A DNA stretch of 64,000 nt, taken from Deltaproteobacteria bacterium. Lineage in GTDB: Bacteria > Desulfobacterota > GWC2-55-46. Positions 44,072 to 55,307 of the stretch are shown here, in pieces. The stretch lies in assembly GCA_016212705.1 (NCBI GenBank), contig JACREU010000091.1:217-64216 (forward strand). Direction: 5' to 3'. The notes under the pieces are model-generated. The model worked only from the letters and a program-made list of their open reading frames with translations. It was not told the DNA's origin and ran no database searches. The translations under genes and the position numbers were made by a program. Position 1 is the stretch's first letter. Each line of letters opens with the position of its first letter.

Positions 44072-46213
44072 TTAGCGCGTAAGCGACCCTTCGAATCCGG
44101 CGAGCTTGCCGAGCCCCTTTAAATTGAAGGTTACGAACAGGAGCTTCTCCTCGAGACGGTTTGTGTAGCCGAACTGGGCGGACCAGCACTGGTGCCTGTA
44201 CTCGAAGCCGTATGAGGCCTCGAGCGACTTGTATTCATCGTATGAGTACCTGTTGAGATAGATGAAATCCAGGGGGTCGGTCAAGCGGACCCTCGCCGAG
44301 GCCTCGAGGTAGCTTGTGGAGTCCCTGACGAACCTGTACGCGAGGTTAAAGGAGTCCCCCCGGCTTGTCGCGGTCCCTAATGAGGCGTCGAAGCTTGAAA
44401 AGAGCGACTCATAGACGTCGAACTTGCCCTTTGCCGTAATCGACGTGGCGACGGTCGGTTTCACGATCAATTCGCCGTTTATCTCCTTGAAGGGTTTTTT
44501 CTTGTCCTCTTCGCTCTCCCCCTCCCGGGTCGCCTCGTTTATGTCGAATGCCTGGCTCAAGTCGAAGTAGAGGTAGTCCTGGTAGAGAGCGCCTTCGCCC
44601 TGCTTGAGCTTCCCGGTAAGCGTGGAATTGACAGAGTAGGTAATGCTGTTGGTCTTCTCTATCGCGTCGACGGAGTCGAAGTCCGGGAGGTCCGACTGCT
44701 CGGTGTCGGGGATATAGGTGTACGAGAGCTTGGGCCTTATCGTGTGCTTCACGGCTGAAAGATTTTCGCCGCCCGTCTGGAAGACCCTGACGAACGTGGT
44801 CGTAAGGTCCGACTGTACGTCGTAGAGGAACCTGTCGAGGTACGCGCCTTCCGGGTGGTCCTTTACCACGTAGAACGTCCCCCTCGGAGCGACAGAGACG
44901 GTGAAGTCGGCGTAGCCATTGACGCTCATGGGGAGCGAGACCCTCGGGTGGAGGTCGAGCCTGTCGCCCTCGGCCCCCTCCTCCCTGTAAAAGTTGATGA
45001 ACGAGGTCTCGGAAGAAAAATAGAACGGCGTCTCCAGTATCCGCTTGTCGGACCCTGTGAGCGTTATTTCCGGGAGCCTCTGGAGCGTCTCCGAGTCGTC
45101 GGCGTCAAGGAGGTTGTTGAAGACCCGGATTTGACCGACGAGGCTGTATCCGTTAAAGCTCTTTGTGACCGATACGTTGGATTCGATTGATTCGAGCGAC
45201 CTCTCGGCCCCGCCCGCCCCGAAGTCGAGGAAGTACTCGTCGTCGCTTACCACGTTTATATCGGCCTTGATGTTGAAGTCTCCGGAGAGGACCTCGGTGT
45301 GCTTGTATTTTATCCGCCACCTGTCGTCGGAGGCGGTCTCGGGCCTCGACAGGTTGTCGGCGTCTTCCCTGAACTCCCTTACGCGTCCCATGTCGTTTTC
45401 GCTGAAGTGGTAGAGGAACGCCTCTCCGTAGCTGTCGGCGGTCCTGAAGTACCTGTACTCGGCGCCGGCCCCGATGCCCCGCGCCGTCTCTACGTCGAGA
45501 TAGAAGGTCGCGTCAGCGCTCTCGGAGATGGCCCAGAAGAACGAGTTATCGAGCATAAAGCCCCTGAGCTCGGAGAACCCCGGCTCAGATGGCAGGAAGC
45601 CGGTCTGCCTCTCCCTCTTCACAGGGACCGTGACATACGGGAAGTAGAAGACAGGGACGTCCTTTATCTTGAAACGGGCGTTCCAGCCCGTCAAAAATTC
45701 CCCGATGGTGACATCAGCCGAGGTGGCCGTGAAGGACCACGCCGGGGACTCTCCCTCGCCGCACTCGCAGGCGGTGTACGTGACGGACTCGGCCGTATAC
45801 GACTCTGTCCCCGTCTTCCTTAAGACCCTGCCGGTGATGTATATCCCTTCCTCGGAGTAGAAGATGCGCGCGTTCGTTATAACGGCCGTCTTTGCCTTTA
45901 TGTCGAATGTGAGGCCTACTCCGGTGATGGTGGAGCCGCCCTCGTCGGTCAACATCACCTTGCCCTTGGCTGTGGCGACCCCGGAGGCCGTGTCGAGGAT
46001 CACCTCGTCGGTCCTTACCGAGACCCCTTTTTGTCGGAGTTCCACGGACCCGCGAGCGTAGTAGGTCTCGGTCTCCTTTTCGTAGGTGATGAAGTCCGCG
46101 TCCAGCTCTATCGGGAGGCCGCCCTTGGAAAGCGGTCCTTCGGCCTCTGCGGTGGCCTGGATGAATAGCGCGAGGGAAAAGGCTATGAGGAAGATGAGTT
46201 TTATTGGTTTCAT
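44072..46213 (-). CDS. lptD: LPS-assembly outer-membrane protein LptD
   Basis: Signal peptide. N-terminal OstA-like beta-jellyroll (LDADFITYEKETETYYARGSVELRQ...). Large C-terminal barrel. 713 aa. Confidence 0.8.
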   Translation of the reverse strand: MKPIKLIFLIAFSLALFIQATAEAEGPLSKGGLPIELDADFITYEKETETYYARGSVELRQKGVSVRTDEVILDTASGVATAKGKVMLTDEGGSTITGVGLTFDIKAKTAVITNARIFYSEEGIYITGRVLRKTGTESYTAESVTYTACECGEGESPAWSFTATSADVTIGEFLTGWNARFKIKDVPVFYFPYVTVPVKRERQTGFLPSEPGFSELRGFMLDNSFFWAISESADATFYLDVETARGIGAGAEYRYFRTADSYGEAFLYHFSENDMGRVREFREDADNLSRPETASDDRWRIKYKHTEVLSGDFNIKADINVVSDDEYFLDFGAGGAERSLESIESNVSVTKSFNGYSLVGQIRVFNNLLDADDSETLQRLPEITLTGSDKRILETPFYFSSETSFINFYREEGAEGDRLDLHPRVSLPMSVNGYADFTVSVAPRGTFYVVKDHPEGAYLDRFLYDVQSDLTTTFVRVFQTGGENLSAVKHTIRPKLSYTYIPDTEQSDLPDFDSVDAIEKTNSITYSVNSTLTGKLKQGEGALYQDYLYFDLSQAFDINEATREGESEEDKKKPFKEINGELIVKPTVATSITAKGKFDVYESLFSSFDASLGTATSRGDSFNLAYRFVRDSTSYLEASARVRLTDPLDFIYLNRYSYDEYKSLEASYGFEYRHQCWSAQFGYTNRLEEKLLFVTFNLKGLGKLAGFEGSLTR

Positions 46214-46294
46214 TATATGGGGTGTTTAACAGGTGTGAAAAAAATAGCACAGAAAAGGGCTATTTACAAGTTTGCGAGGGGAGGGCGCTAAGGA

Positions 46295-47560
46295 CTATTT
46301 TTTCGATTTAATGAGATACCCGCGCGCCTCTCCCACGGTGAATATGGAGCCCGTTACGCAGACCGCGTCCTCCGGGCCGGCCTCGGCAATAGCAAGGCGG
46401 CAGGCCTCTTTTACGGACCCCGCGGATATGACGCGCTTTTTGAAGGGGAGGGCGAGCCTTTCAAGGGCCTCGACCGGCGCCGAGCGCTTGACGCGAGGCG
46501 AGGCGAGAAAGACCGTATCAGAGAGCGGCATGAGCTCTTTGAATATCCCCTTTATGTCCTTGTCGTTCATGACACCTATGACGAGAGAGAGGCGTCTTTT
46601 TTTGAGCCCTTCGAGGTAGGCCCCGAGGGCCTTCGCCCCGGACGGGTTGTGGGCGGCGTCGAGGAGGACGAGCGGCCGTTTCTTAACGACTTCAAGCCTC
46701 CCGGGCCACGAGGCCTTTTTAAGCCCGTCCCTTACGGCCTTTGCCGTTATGTGGAGCCCGTACATCCTTACGCACTCCAGGGCCGCGAGCGCGACTGAGG
46801 CGTTACTCATCTGGTGCGCGCCGGAAAGGCCCAATTTAAGGCCCCTTATCCCGCCGTCTATCCCGGTGTAATCAACGGACCTCTCGTCGCCGTCGATATC
46901 GAAGGCGCGCCCGAGAATGATGAGGGGGGCGTCGAGCTCACGCGCCCTTTTGGCTATCACCGAGAGCGCGGCCTTGTGAGTCTCGCCGGTCACGACAGGG
47001 ACGCCGTATTTTATTATCCCGGCCTTCTCGAAGGCTATCTCCGCGAGAGTAGAGCCCAGGTGCGCCGTGTGGTCGAGGCCGACGTTGGTTATTATCGACA
47101 CGAGCGGCGCTACTGTGTTAGTAGCGTCCCACCTGCCGCCCATGCCGGTCTCGACGACAACGACGTCGGTCTTTTTTTCGCTGAAGTACAGGAAAGCGAG
47201 CGTGGTCGTGAACTCGAAGAACGAAAGCTGTCCCTTGACGCCTCTCGCCGCATTTCTCACGCGGGGGACGAGGCGTGAGAGGTCCGCATCGCTGATCGCT
47301 CGGCCGTTTACCTGTATCCGTTCGTTGAATTTGGAGAGGTGGGGGGAGGTGTAGAGGCCGGTCCTGAAGCCCGCCTCCCTGAGTATGGAGGCCGCGAAGG
47401 CCGAGGTCGAGCCCTTGCCGTTTGTCCCGGCTATGTGAATGGACAGGAAGTCGCTCTCCGGGTTGCCGAGGAGGCCAAGGAGCTTCTCCACGCGGGCGAG
47501 CCCGGGCCTTATGCCGTGCCTCTGGAGGCCGTAGAGGAAGGAGAGCGCGTTACCCTTCAT
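46295..47560 (-). CDS. folC: bifunctional folylpolyglutamate synthase/dihydrofolate synthase
   Basis: [12 protein letters not shown]-loop. Mur-ligase-type central and C-terminal motifs (DAAHNP). Confidence 0.85.
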   Translation of the reverse strand: MKGNALSFLYGLQRHGIRPGLARVEKLLGLLGNPESDFLSIHIAGTNGKGSTSAFAASILREAGFRTGLYTSPHLSKFNERIQVNGRAISDADLSRLVPRVRNAARGVKGQLSFFEFTTTLAFLYFSEKKTDVVVVETGMGGRWDATNTVAPLVSIITNVGLDHTAHLGSTLAEIAFEKAGIIKYGVPVVTGETHKAALSVIAKRARELDAPLIILGRAFDIDGDERSVDYTGIDGGIRGLKLGLSGAHQMSNASVALAALECVRMYGLHITAKAVRDGLKKASWPGRLEVVKKRPLVLLDAAHNPSGAKALGAYLEGLKKRRLSLVIGVMNDKDIKGIFKELMPLSDTVFLASPRVKRSAPVEALERLALPFKKRVISAGSVKEACRLAIAEAGPEDAVCVTGSIFTVGEARGYLIKSKK

Positions 47561-48401
47561 TTTGCGAGAGCATGGACAGGAGGCGCGAGAGCGTGTCCTT
47601 CAAGAGCTTCCTTTCCACTATCATGTCTATCATCCCGTGGTCGAGGAGGTACTCGGCCCTCTGGAAGCCTTCGGGCAGTTTCTGCCTTATAGTTTCGGCT
47701 ATGACCCTCGGCCCGGCGAACCCGACGAGCGCTCTGGGCTCGGCTATTATGACGTCGCCGAGCATGGCGAAGGACGCCGTTACGCCGCCCATCGTCGGGT
47801 CGGTCACGACCGATATGTACGGGAGCCCCGCCTCCTTGAGCTTTGCGAGCGCGGCGGAGGTCTTGGCCATCTGCATGAGCGACAATATCGACTCCTGCAT
47901 CCGCGCGCCGCCCGAGGACGAGAATATGACGACGCCGCATCTTTCCCCTATCGCCTTTTCCACGGCGCGGGCTATTTTTTCCCCGACGACCGAGCCCATC
48001 GAGCCGCCCATGAACGAGAACTCGAATACGGCGACACAGGCGCGCTCTCCGTTTATCGTCCCTTTTCCGGTGACGACGGCGTCCTTAAGGCGCGTCTCCT
48101 TCTGCGAGGCCTTTATCCTGTCCTTGTACTTCTTGAGGTCGCGGAAGTCGAGCCCGTCGACAGGCTCCAGATGGGAGTCGAACTCGCTGAAGGACCCTTC
48201 GTCCATGACGATATCGAGCCGGGAGTGGGCGGAGATGCGGAAGTGGTAGTTGCATTTGGGGCAGACGTCGAGGTTCCGCTCGACCTCCTTCTTGTAGATG
48301 ATCTCTCCGCAGTGCTCGCATTTGACCCAGAGGCCTATCGGGACCTTGACGCTTTTGCCTTCGTCGCCGTTGGTGAGTATGTCTTTTTTAAACCAGATCA
48401 T
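47550..48401 (-). CDS. accD: acetyl-CoA carboxylase carboxyltransferase beta subunit
   Basis: N-terminal Zn ribbon CEHCGE...[17 protein letters not shown] and SGGARMQE motifs. Confidence 0.9.
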   Translation of the reverse strand: MIWFKKDILTNGDEGKSVKVPIGLWVKCEHCGEIIYKKEVERNLDVCPKCNYHFRISAHSRLDIVMDEGSFSEFDSHLEPVDGLDFRDLKKYKDRIKASQKETRLKDAVVTGKGTINGERACVAVFEFSFMGGSMGSVVGEKIARAVEKAIGERCGVVIFSSSGGARMQESILSLMQMAKTSAALAKLKEAGLPYISVVTDPTMGGVTASFAMLGDVIIAEPRALVGFAGPRVIAETIRQKLPEGFQRAEYLLDHGMIDMIVERKLLKDTLSRLLSMLSQNEG

Positions 48402-48427
48402 CGCCTGTTCTTCCCCGTGTTTTCGCC

Positions 48428-50107
48428 TTAAGCCCCGTGCGCCGTCGCCGGTATCGCGCCGGTGATGTCGCCGTTATCGAAGGCCCTGATGAAGGCCTCG
48501 ACCACCCTCCCGTCGAACTGCACCCCGGCGTATTTCCTGAGCTCGGCTATCGCCACCTCCGGGGGGAGCCCCTTCCTGTAAGGCCGGGTCGTCGTCATCG
48601 CGTCGTAGGTGTCGGCGACCGAGATTATCCGGGCGATGAGCGGTATCTGCTCGCCCTTGAACCCCCTGGGGTAGCCCTGTCCGTCGAAGCGCTCGTGGTG
48701 GTGGAGCATGCCGGGGACGATGTCCTTCAATTGCGGGACGTGCTTCATTATCTCGGCCCCGTACTGCGGGTGGAGCCTCATAACCGCGGCCTCGTCGGCG
48801 TCGAGCGGCGCGTCCTTGCGGAGTATCCTGTCCTCTATGCCAATTTTGCCGATGTCGTGGAGGACGGCCGAGAGCTTCAATATCTCGAGCGCCTTAGGGG
48901 GCATCGTCATGTGCTTGCCTATGGCGAGCGAGTACTCGAAGACCCTCTTCGTGTGTCCGCCGGTGTACGGGTCCCGTTTTTCTATGGCCTCCGCGAGCGC
49001 TTCCGACGTCGCGTGGAAGGTCTCCCTGATCTCCTCGTAGAGCCGCGCGTTGTCGAGAGCGATAGCGACCTGGTTTGAAAAAAGCTGGAAAAGGCGCAGG
49101 TCTTCCTTCTCGAACGTCCCGCCTATCCTGTTGATCGCCTGCAGTACCCCGATGGTCTTGCCCTTTATGCGCACCGGCACGCAGACCATGTCGCGCGTCG
49201 TGAACCTTGACTTCCTGTCCACGTTGGCCTGAAACCGCTTGTCGCTGGCGACGTCGTTTATGACAAGCGGGCGTCCGTGCTTGGCCACCCATCCGGCGAT
49301 GCCCTCGCCGATATTGAGCCTTACTTCTTTTATCTCGTCGCCCTTTTCCCCGAGCGCGACCTCGAAGTAGAGCTGTTTGTTCAACTCATCGACGAGCAGG
49401 AGCGAGCCTGCCTCGGCGCGCATGATCGAGGTTATAGCCTCCATCGCCCTCAGCCTGACGACCTTCTGGTCGAGCGTGGAGTTCAGGAGGTTCCCGACTT
49501 CCTGCAGGGTCGAGAACTGGCGGAGCCTGCCGTCGAGCTCCGAGAAGAGCTCGGCCCTCTCCATGATTATGGAGAAGTGGTTGGCGAGCGATTTGAGGGT
49601 CTTGAGGTCCGCCTTTGTGAACGGTCTTGAGTCTATCTTGTTTATTACCTCTATGACGCCTATGGCCCGCTTCTTCCTGAAGAGCGGCACCGCGAGCATG
49701 TTGCCGTGCTCCCGGGTTGTCTTTATCCCTATCCAGTACTTGTCTTTCCCGAGGTCGGAGCTTATATAGGGCCTGCCGGTCTTGAGTACGTGCCCCGCTA
49801 TGCCCGCCACGCCCTTCATGCGCAGGCCCTTGAGCTTTCTGGCGAGAGGGCCCTTGACCACCTCGAACGAGAGCTCGTTGGAGGCGGCGTCCAGCAGGTA
49901 GAGCGTCCCGGACCGCGTCTCCATCGCGTTAAGGGTAAAGTCCATGAGCCTGCTGAGTATCGCGGACCTGGAGGCCCCCTTGACGGCGAGGCCGCCTATC
50001 TTCCTGTATATCTCGAGCTCGATGCCCATCACATCGAGCCTTTTCCTGCAGGAGGCGAGGTCGGTCTTCTCCTTAGCGGTCTTATCCCTCTGTTTTTTCT
50101 CTGCCAT
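48428..50107 (-). CDS. GAF-GAF-HD-GYP domain protein (probable c-di-GMP phosphodiesterase)
   Basis: Two GAF-like regions. HD motif (LHDIGKIGI) and [13 protein letters not shown]. Confidence 0.85.
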   Translation of the reverse strand: MAEKKQRDKTAKEKTDLASCRKRLDVMGIELEIYRKIGGLAVKGASRSAILSRLMDFTLNAMETRSGTLYLLDAASNELSFEVVKGPLARKLKGLRMKGVAGIAGHVLKTGRPYISSDLGKDKYWIGIKTTREHGNMLAVPLFRKKRAIGVIEVINKIDSRPFTKADLKTLKSLANHFSIIMERAELFSELDGRLRQFSTLQEVGNLLNSTLDQKVVRLRAMEAITSIMRAEAGSLLLVDELNKQLYFEVALGEKGDEIKEVRLNIGEGIAGWVAKHGRPLVINDVASDKRFQANVDRKSRFTTRDMVCVPVRIKGKTIGVLQAINRIGGTFEKEDLRLFQLFSNQVAIALDNARLYEEIRETFHATSEALAEAIEKRDPYTGGHTKRVFEYSLAIGKHMTMPPKALEILKLSAVLHDIGKIGIEDRILRKDAPLDADEAAVMRLHPQYGAEIMKHVPQLKDIVPGMLHHHERFDGQGYPRGFKGEQIPLIARIISVADTYDAMTTTRPYRKGLPPEVAIAELRKYAGVQFDGRVVEAFIRAFDNGDITGAIPATAHGA

Positions 50108-50133
50108 GCGGGGCCCTTGGTTTAAGGGTTAGG

Positions 50134-50952
50134 TTACGAATCCATCGCGGAGCGGAGGGAGGAGACGAATCTCCTGACCTCTCCCACGAGCTTTTTCCCG
50201 TTCGCCTGGTTCTTCGCTATGACGTTAACGATGGCGCTTCCGACGATGACGGCGTCGGCGTATCTTGAGACCTCTTTGGCCTGTGCCGGGGTGGAGATGC
50301 CGAATCCGACGCCGACTGGCAGGTCCGTAGTCTTTCTTATCTTCGCGACAAAGCTTTTTGCGTCGCCCGCGACTGTTGAGCGCGCGCCTGTTACGCCGGT
50401 GACGGAGACGAAGTAGATGAAGCCCGAGGCCTTTGAGGCAACGATGGACATGCGCCCGGCGTTTGACGTTGGCGTCAGGAGGAAGACCATGTCGAGGGAC
50501 TTTTCATCGAGCCTGTCCTTGAGCTCTCCGGCCTCTTCGGGCGGCAGGTCGACGATGAGCGCGCCGTCGGCGCCGGCGGCCTTTGCGTCCCGCGCGAATT
50601 TCTCCAGCCCGTAGTTGAATACCGGGTTGTAGTATCCGAATAGGACGATCGGGATCTCGGTTTCCTTCCTTACGTCCCTGACGAGCCGGAGCACGTCCTT
50701 AAGGTGCGTGCCCTTCTTGACGGCCCTTTCGGACGACGCCTGTATGGTAGGGCCGTCGGCCATGGGGTCGGAAAACGGGACCCCGAGCTCTATTATATCG
50801 GCCCCGGCTTCTTCAAGCGCGAGAATAATGTCCTTGGTGGACGGGAGGTCCGGGTCCCCGGCGGTGATGAACGTGATGAGCGCCTTCCTACCTTCCGCCT
50901 TTAGCCTTCCGAAGGCCGCCTCTATCCTGCCGTTTGCGATCGTCGTGGTCAT
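50134..50952 (-). CDS. trpA: tryptophan synthase alpha chain
   Basis: 272 aa. IELGVPFSDPMADGPTIQ motif. Last gene of the trp operon. Confidence 0.9.
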   Translation of the reverse strand: MTTTIANGRIEAAFGRLKAEGRKALITFITAGDPDLPSTKDIILALEEAGADIIELGVPFSDPMADGPTIQASSERAVKKGTHLKDVLRLVRDVRKETEIPIVLFGYYNPVFNYGLEKFARDAKAAGADGALIVDLPPEEAGELKDRLDEKSLDMVFLLTPTSNAGRMSIVASKASGFIYFVSVTGVTGARSTVAGDAKSFVAKIRKTTDLPVGVGFGISTPAQAKEVSRYADAVIVGSAIVNVIAKNQANGKKLVGEVRRFVSSLRSAMDS

Positions 50953-50961
50953 GGGGTTTTC

Positions 50962-52155
50962 CTATAGCTCGAAGTTGAACGCCTTGGATACCGTGTTGAG
51001 GTCCTTGTCCCCCCGGCCAGAGAGGTTCACGATGATGACCTTGCCCTTGCCGAGCTCTTTTGCGGCCTTTATCGCGTGGGCGACGGCATGAGAGCTCTCA
51101 AGCGCCGGGATGATGCCCTCGGAGAGGGTGAGCGCCTTGAAGCCGTCGAGCGCCTCGCTGTCCTTGATGGTAACGTAGTTGACGCGTCCGGCGTCGTGGA
51201 GGTACGCGTGCTCCGGGCCGACACCGGGGTAGTCGAGGCCAGCGGATATCGAATGAGTGTCTATTATCTGCCCGAACCTGTCCTGCAACAAATAGGTCTT
51301 GTTGCCGTGGAGGACCCCGACGCGCCCGCCGTTAATGGAGGCCGCGTGCCTGCCGGTCGACAGCCCGTGCCCCCCTGCCTCGACGCCGGTCATCTTCACC
51401 CCCGCGTCCTCAAGGAACGGGTGGAAGAGCCCCATGGCGTTGGAGCCGCCGCCGACGCAGGCGATTAATTCATCCGGGAGCCTCCCGGCCGTCTCCTTGA
51501 TTTGTCTGCGCGCCTCGGTCCCTATGACGGACTGGAAATCGCGGACCAGCATCGGGTACGGGTGAGGCCCGGCCACGGTGCCTATGATGTAGAAGGTGTT
51601 GTTGACGTTAGTCACCCAGTCGCGTAGCGCCTCGTTCATCGCGTCCTTCAGAGTCTTCGAGCCGGATGTCACGGGCGTGACCTTCGCGCCGAGCAACTTC
51701 ATCCTGAAGACGTTAGGCGACTGCCTCTTTATATCGTCCTCGCCCATGTATATCTCGCACTCGTTCCCGAACATCGCGGCGACCGTCGCCGTGGCGACCC
51801 CGTGCTGTCCTGCGCCGGTCTCGGCTATGACGCGCTTTTTACCCATCCTCTTGGCCAGCAGTATCTGGCCGATAGTGTTGTTTATCTTGTGGGCGCCGGT
51901 GTGGCAGAGGTCTTCTCTCTTAAGATAGATATCGGCCCCGCCTGTTTTCCGGGTGAGCCTCTCTGCGAAGTAGAGGGGGGTGGGGCGTCCGACGTATTCC
52001 TTGAGATAGTAGGCGAACTCGGCCTTGAAGTCGGGGTTCGTCCGCCACTTGTCGTACGCCTCTTCAAGCTCCTGGACGGCGGGCATGAGGGTTTCAGATA
52101 TATACCGGCCTCCGTATATGCCGTAGTGTCCTAACCTGTCAGGGGTCCTTTTCAT
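50962..52155 (-). CDS. trpB: tryptophan synthase beta chain
   Basis: 397 aa. [12 protein letters not shown]-Lys motif and GGGSNA. Confidence 0.95.
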   Translation of the reverse strand: MKRTPDRLGHYGIYGGRYISETLMPAVQELEEAYDKWRTNPDFKAEFAYYLKEYVGRPTPLYFAERLTRKTGGADIYLKREDLCHTGAHKINNTIGQILLAKRMGKKRVIAETGAGQHGVATATVAAMFGNECEIYMGEDDIKRQSPNVFRMKLLGAKVTPVTSGSKTLKDAMNEALRDWVTNVNNTFYIIGTVAGPHPYPMLVRDFQSVIGTEARRQIKETAGRLPDELIACVGGGSNAMGLFHPFLEDAGVKMTGVEAGGHGLSTGRHAASINGGRVGVLHGNKTYLLQDRFGQIIDTHSISAGLDYPGVGPEHAYLHDAGRVNYVTIKDSEALDGFKALTLSEGIIPALESSHAVAHAIKAAKELGKGKVIIVNLSGRGDKDLNTVSKAFNFEL

Positions 52156-52766
52156 GCGGTCTTCGCCTCTTCGATAAACTTTTTCATCTTTTCCAGGTCC
52201 TTCTTTCCCGGCCTGGCCTCTACCCCCGAGCTTACGTCCACCGCGTAGGGCCGGACCGTCTTTATTGCCATAGCCACATTGCCCGGGGTGAGCCCGCCGG
52301 ATAATATTATACGCCGAAGCGCGGAGGCTTCAACAGCTATTTCCCAGTTGAATGTTTCGCCTGTGCCGCCGGGCACGCCATCCACGTAGGTGTCGAGTAG
52401 AAATGCCGATACATCGTACAAGGCAAGCTTCTCCATATCCGCCCGGCCTCTTATCCTGAACGCCTTTATGACGCCGGGAGAGGCCTCAGCGCAATATCCG
52501 GGTGTCTCGTCCCCGTGGAACTGGAGCCTGTCGAGTGAGGCGTCTTCCCTTACGCGGGAAACCTCTTCGAGCGCCGTGTCCACAAAGACGCCGACCTTTA
52601 TGACAAAGGGCGGGAGCGCCCGGATAATAGCCGCCGCGCGGAGCGGGTCTATGTAACGGGGGCTTTTTTTATAGAATATGAACCCGAGGGCGTCGGCGCC
52701 GAACGCGACCGCGGCCTCGGCGTCTTCGAGGTTCGTTATCCCGCATATCTTTACTCTTACCGGCAT
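52152..52766 (-). CDS. trpF: phosphoribosylanthranilate isomerase
   Basis: 204 aa. VKICGIT...QFHGDE pattern. Operon context. Confidence 0.85.
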   Translation of the reverse strand: MPVRVKICGITNLEDAEAAVAFGADALGFIFYKKSPRYIDPLRAAAIIRALPPFVIKVGVFVDTALEEVSRVREDASLDRLQFHGDETPGYCAEASPGVIKAFRIRGRADMEKLALYDVSAFLLDTYVDGVPGGTGETFNWEIAVEASALRRIILSGGLTPGNVAMAIKTVRPYAVDVSSGVEARPGKKDLEKMKKFIEEAKTA

Positions 52767-52769
52767 GGG

Positions 52770-53567
52770 CTACTTCGGCGGGAGTATGCCCCGGAGCTCC
52801 TTCACTTTCTTTATTATCTCTTTTTCGCGGATAAGCGCCTCGCCTATCAAAACGGCGTTAACGCCTGCGTCCATCAGGTCGAGGATGTCGGCGTAGCTCT
52901 CGATCCCGCTCTCGCTTACGATGAGTGTTCCGGCGCCGACGAGCGGCGCGAGCCTCAGCGTGGTGTTGAGATCGACCTCGAAAGTCCGCAAGTCCCTGTT
53001 GTTTATCCCGATTATCTTCGCGCCGGAATCGACGACCCTCTTCATCTCTGTCTCGTCGTGGACCTCTACGAGCGTTTGCATGCCGAGTTGCGCGGCGAGC
53101 GCCATGAGTTCCTTAAGCCTCTTGTCGTCGAGTATCGCGGCTATGAGGAGGACGGCGTCCGCGCCGGCGGCCCTGGACTCATACATCTGGAAGTCGTCGA
53201 AGATGAAGTCCTTCCTTAAGATCGGGATCCTCAGGTGGCTCTTTATGGGGGTCAGGAAATCGAGTTTGCCCTTGAAGTACTTTTCTTCGGTAACGACCGA
53301 TACCGCCGCCGCGCCTCCGACCTCGTATGAGCGCGCGATGTCGTAGGGGATGAATTCCTCACGGAGTATCCCCTTCGAGGGCGAGGCCCTCTTTACTTCG
53401 GCTATTATCCGTACCGCCTTCGGCGCGGGCCGCACGGTTAGCGCGGAGGCGAAGTCCCTGAGCGGCCTCGCGAGCAACGTCCTTTTTTCAAGCTCCGCTA
53501 TCGTCGTGTACGCCTTTACGCGTTCGAGCTCCAGCCGTTTATTCGCAACTATTTCGTCGAGTATCAT
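52770..53567 (-). CDS. trpC: indole-3-glycerol-phosphate synthase
   Basis: 265 aa. [12 protein letters not shown] and ILRKDFI motifs. Confidence 0.9.
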   Translation of the reverse strand: MILDEIVANKRLELERVKAYTTIAELEKRTLLARPLRDFASALTVRPAPKAVRIIAEVKRASPSKGILREEFIPYDIARSYEVGGAAAVSVVTEEKYFKGKLDFLTPIKSHLRIPILRKDFIFDDFQMYESRAAGADAVLLIAAILDDKRLKELMALAAQLGMQTLVEVHDETEMKRVVDSGAKIIGINNRDLRTFEVDLNTTLRLAPLVGAGTLIVSESGIESYADILDLMDAGVNAVLIGEALIREKEIIKKVKELRGILPPK

Positions 53568-54574
53568 CTGTTGGATATCCTTTTTAGCTTTATGAGCTTT
53601 TCAAGCGCCGCTCCTGAGTCAATGGAGCCGTGGGCGAGCGCGATGCCTTCCGCGATGGTCCCGGCCTTGCCGCCGGCGGTTATCGCGGCGGCTGAGTTCA
53701 AGAGGACAACGTCCCTTGCCGGGCCCTTCCTGCCTTCGAGCACGTCCGTTATTATCCGCGCGTTCTCCCCTGGGTCCCCGCCCTTCAGGGCCTCCGGGGC
53801 GCACCGCTCAAACCCGAAGTCCTCGGGTTTTATGTGATATGTCTTTATGTTTCCGTCCTTGAGCTCTGTCACGCGCGTCTCTTTTGTGAGGGTTATCTCA
53901 TCGAGCCCGTCCTCGCCCCGCACGACGAAGGCGTGGACCGATCCGAGATTGAAGAGGACCTTGGCTAAAACGTCTGTCAGCGCCGCGTCATAGACGCCGA
54001 TGACCTGCCTCCTGGCCCCGGCGGGGTTTGTGAGCGGGCCTAAAATATTGAATATCGAGCGGATGCCTATCTCCCTTCTAACGGGCGCCGCGTACTTCAT
54101 CGCTCCGTGGAGCATGGGCGCGAACAGGAATCCTATGCCCGCTTCCGATATGCACTCCTCTACGCGGGACGCCTCCGCCTCGATGTTGACGCCGAGCGAG
54201 CGGAGCACGTCGGCGGAGCCGCTCCTTGAGGATACCGAGCGGTTCCCGTGCTTGGCGACGATGAGCCCCGCGCCAGCCGCTACGAACGCCGAGGCCGTGG
54301 ATATATTGAAGGTCATCGATTCGTCCCCGCCCGTGCCGCAGGTATCGAGTACGTCGCTACCCGCCTCGACCTTCGTAGCCTTTTCGCGCATGACGCGCGC
54401 GGCGCCGGTTATCTCCGAGACCGTCTCGCCCTTCATGCGTAGCGCCGTTATGAACGAGCCGATTTGGGCCGGGGAGGCCCCTCCGGTCATGACCTCGTTC
54501 ATGACCGAGACCATCTCGTCTTCGGAGAGGTCAGAGCCCTTTACGACCCTCGCTATCGCGTCCTTTACGGTCAT
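53564..54574 (-). CDS. trpD: anthranilate phosphoribosyltransferase
   Basis: 336 aa. DTCGTGGD and KHGNRSVSS motifs. Confidence 0.9.
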   Translation of the reverse strand: MTVKDAIARVVKGSDLSEDEMVSVMNEVMTGGASPAQIGSFITALRMKGETVSEITGAARVMREKATKVEAGSDVLDTCGTGGDESMTFNISTASAFVAAGAGLIVAKHGNRSVSSRSGSADVLRSLGVNIEAEASRVEECISEAGIGFLFAPMLHGAMKYAAPVRREIGIRSIFNILGPLTNPAGARRQVIGVYDAALTDVLAKVLFNLGSVHAFVVRGEDGLDEITLTKETRVTELKDGNIKTYHIKPEDFGFERCAPEALKGGDPGENARIITDVLEGRKGPARDVVLLNSAAAITAGGKAGTIAEGIALAHGSIDSGAALEKLIKLKRISNR

Positions 54575-55144
54575 TTACCTGTACCTCTCAAGGAAGTTCC
54601 TTAAAATATCCTTGCCCGAGTTCGTAAGTATCGACTCCGGGTGGAACTGCACGCCTTCGATTGCGAGCGTCTTATGGCGCAGGCCCATTATCTCGTCAGA
54701 TTCGGTCCACGCGCTCACCTCAAAACAGTCCGGGAGGGTCTCTTTCCTTACTATGAGCGAATGATACCTGTTCGCCTCAAACGGGTTAGGGATGCCTTCG
54801 AAGATGGTCTTCGAGTCGTGATAGACCATGGAGGTCTTGCCGTGCATGAGGCGCTGTGCCTTTACTACCTCCCCGCCGAATGCGTAGCCGATGGACTGGT
54901 GCCCGAGGCATACGCCGAGGATCGGGACCTTGCCGGCGAAGTGTCTTATCGCCGCAACGGATATCCCGGCCTTCGGCGGGTCGCACGGCCCAGGAGAGAT
55001 GACGAGCCTTCTCGGGGCGAGCCTTTCTATCCCTTCGATGGTTATGGCGTCGTTCCTGTATACCGATACATCGGCCCCGCGATCCATGAAATACTGGGCG
55101 AGGTTGAATGTGAAGGAGTCGTAGTTGTCTATGATGAGGAGCAT
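54575..55144 (-). CDS. trpG: anthranilate synthase component II (glutamine amidotransferase)
   Basis: 189 aa. GVCLGHQ catalytic Cys and FHPES motif. Confidence 0.9.
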   Translation of the reverse strand: MLLIIDNYDSFTFNLAQYFMDRGADVSVYRNDAITIEGIERLAPRRLVISPGPCDPPKAGISVAAIRHFAGKVPILGVCLGHQSIGYAFGGEVVKAQRLMHGKTSMVYHDSKTIFEGIPNPFEANRYHSLIVRKETLPDCFEVSAWTESDEIMGLRHKTLAIEGVQFHPESILTNSGKDILRNFLERYR

Positions 55145-55145
55145 G

Positions 55146-55307
55146 TTATATTAGCCCCCCCCTTGCGAGCTCGACGGCTTTGAGCATCCCGCGCGCCTTG
55201 TTCTCGGTCTCCTCGAACTCCTTTTCAGGGACCGAGTCGGCTACGATCCCCGCCCCGGCCTGTATGTAGATCGAGCCGTCCTTTATGACGAGCGTCCTTA
55301 TTGTGAT
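55146..55307 (-). pseudogene. trpE: in-frame continuation of trpE downstream of an internal TGA (C-terminal 53 codons)
   Basis: Own translation after the TGA at 55308-55310: [53 protein letters not shown]. This is the conserved TrpE C-terminus, in the same frame as the upstream ORF. Confidence 0.8.
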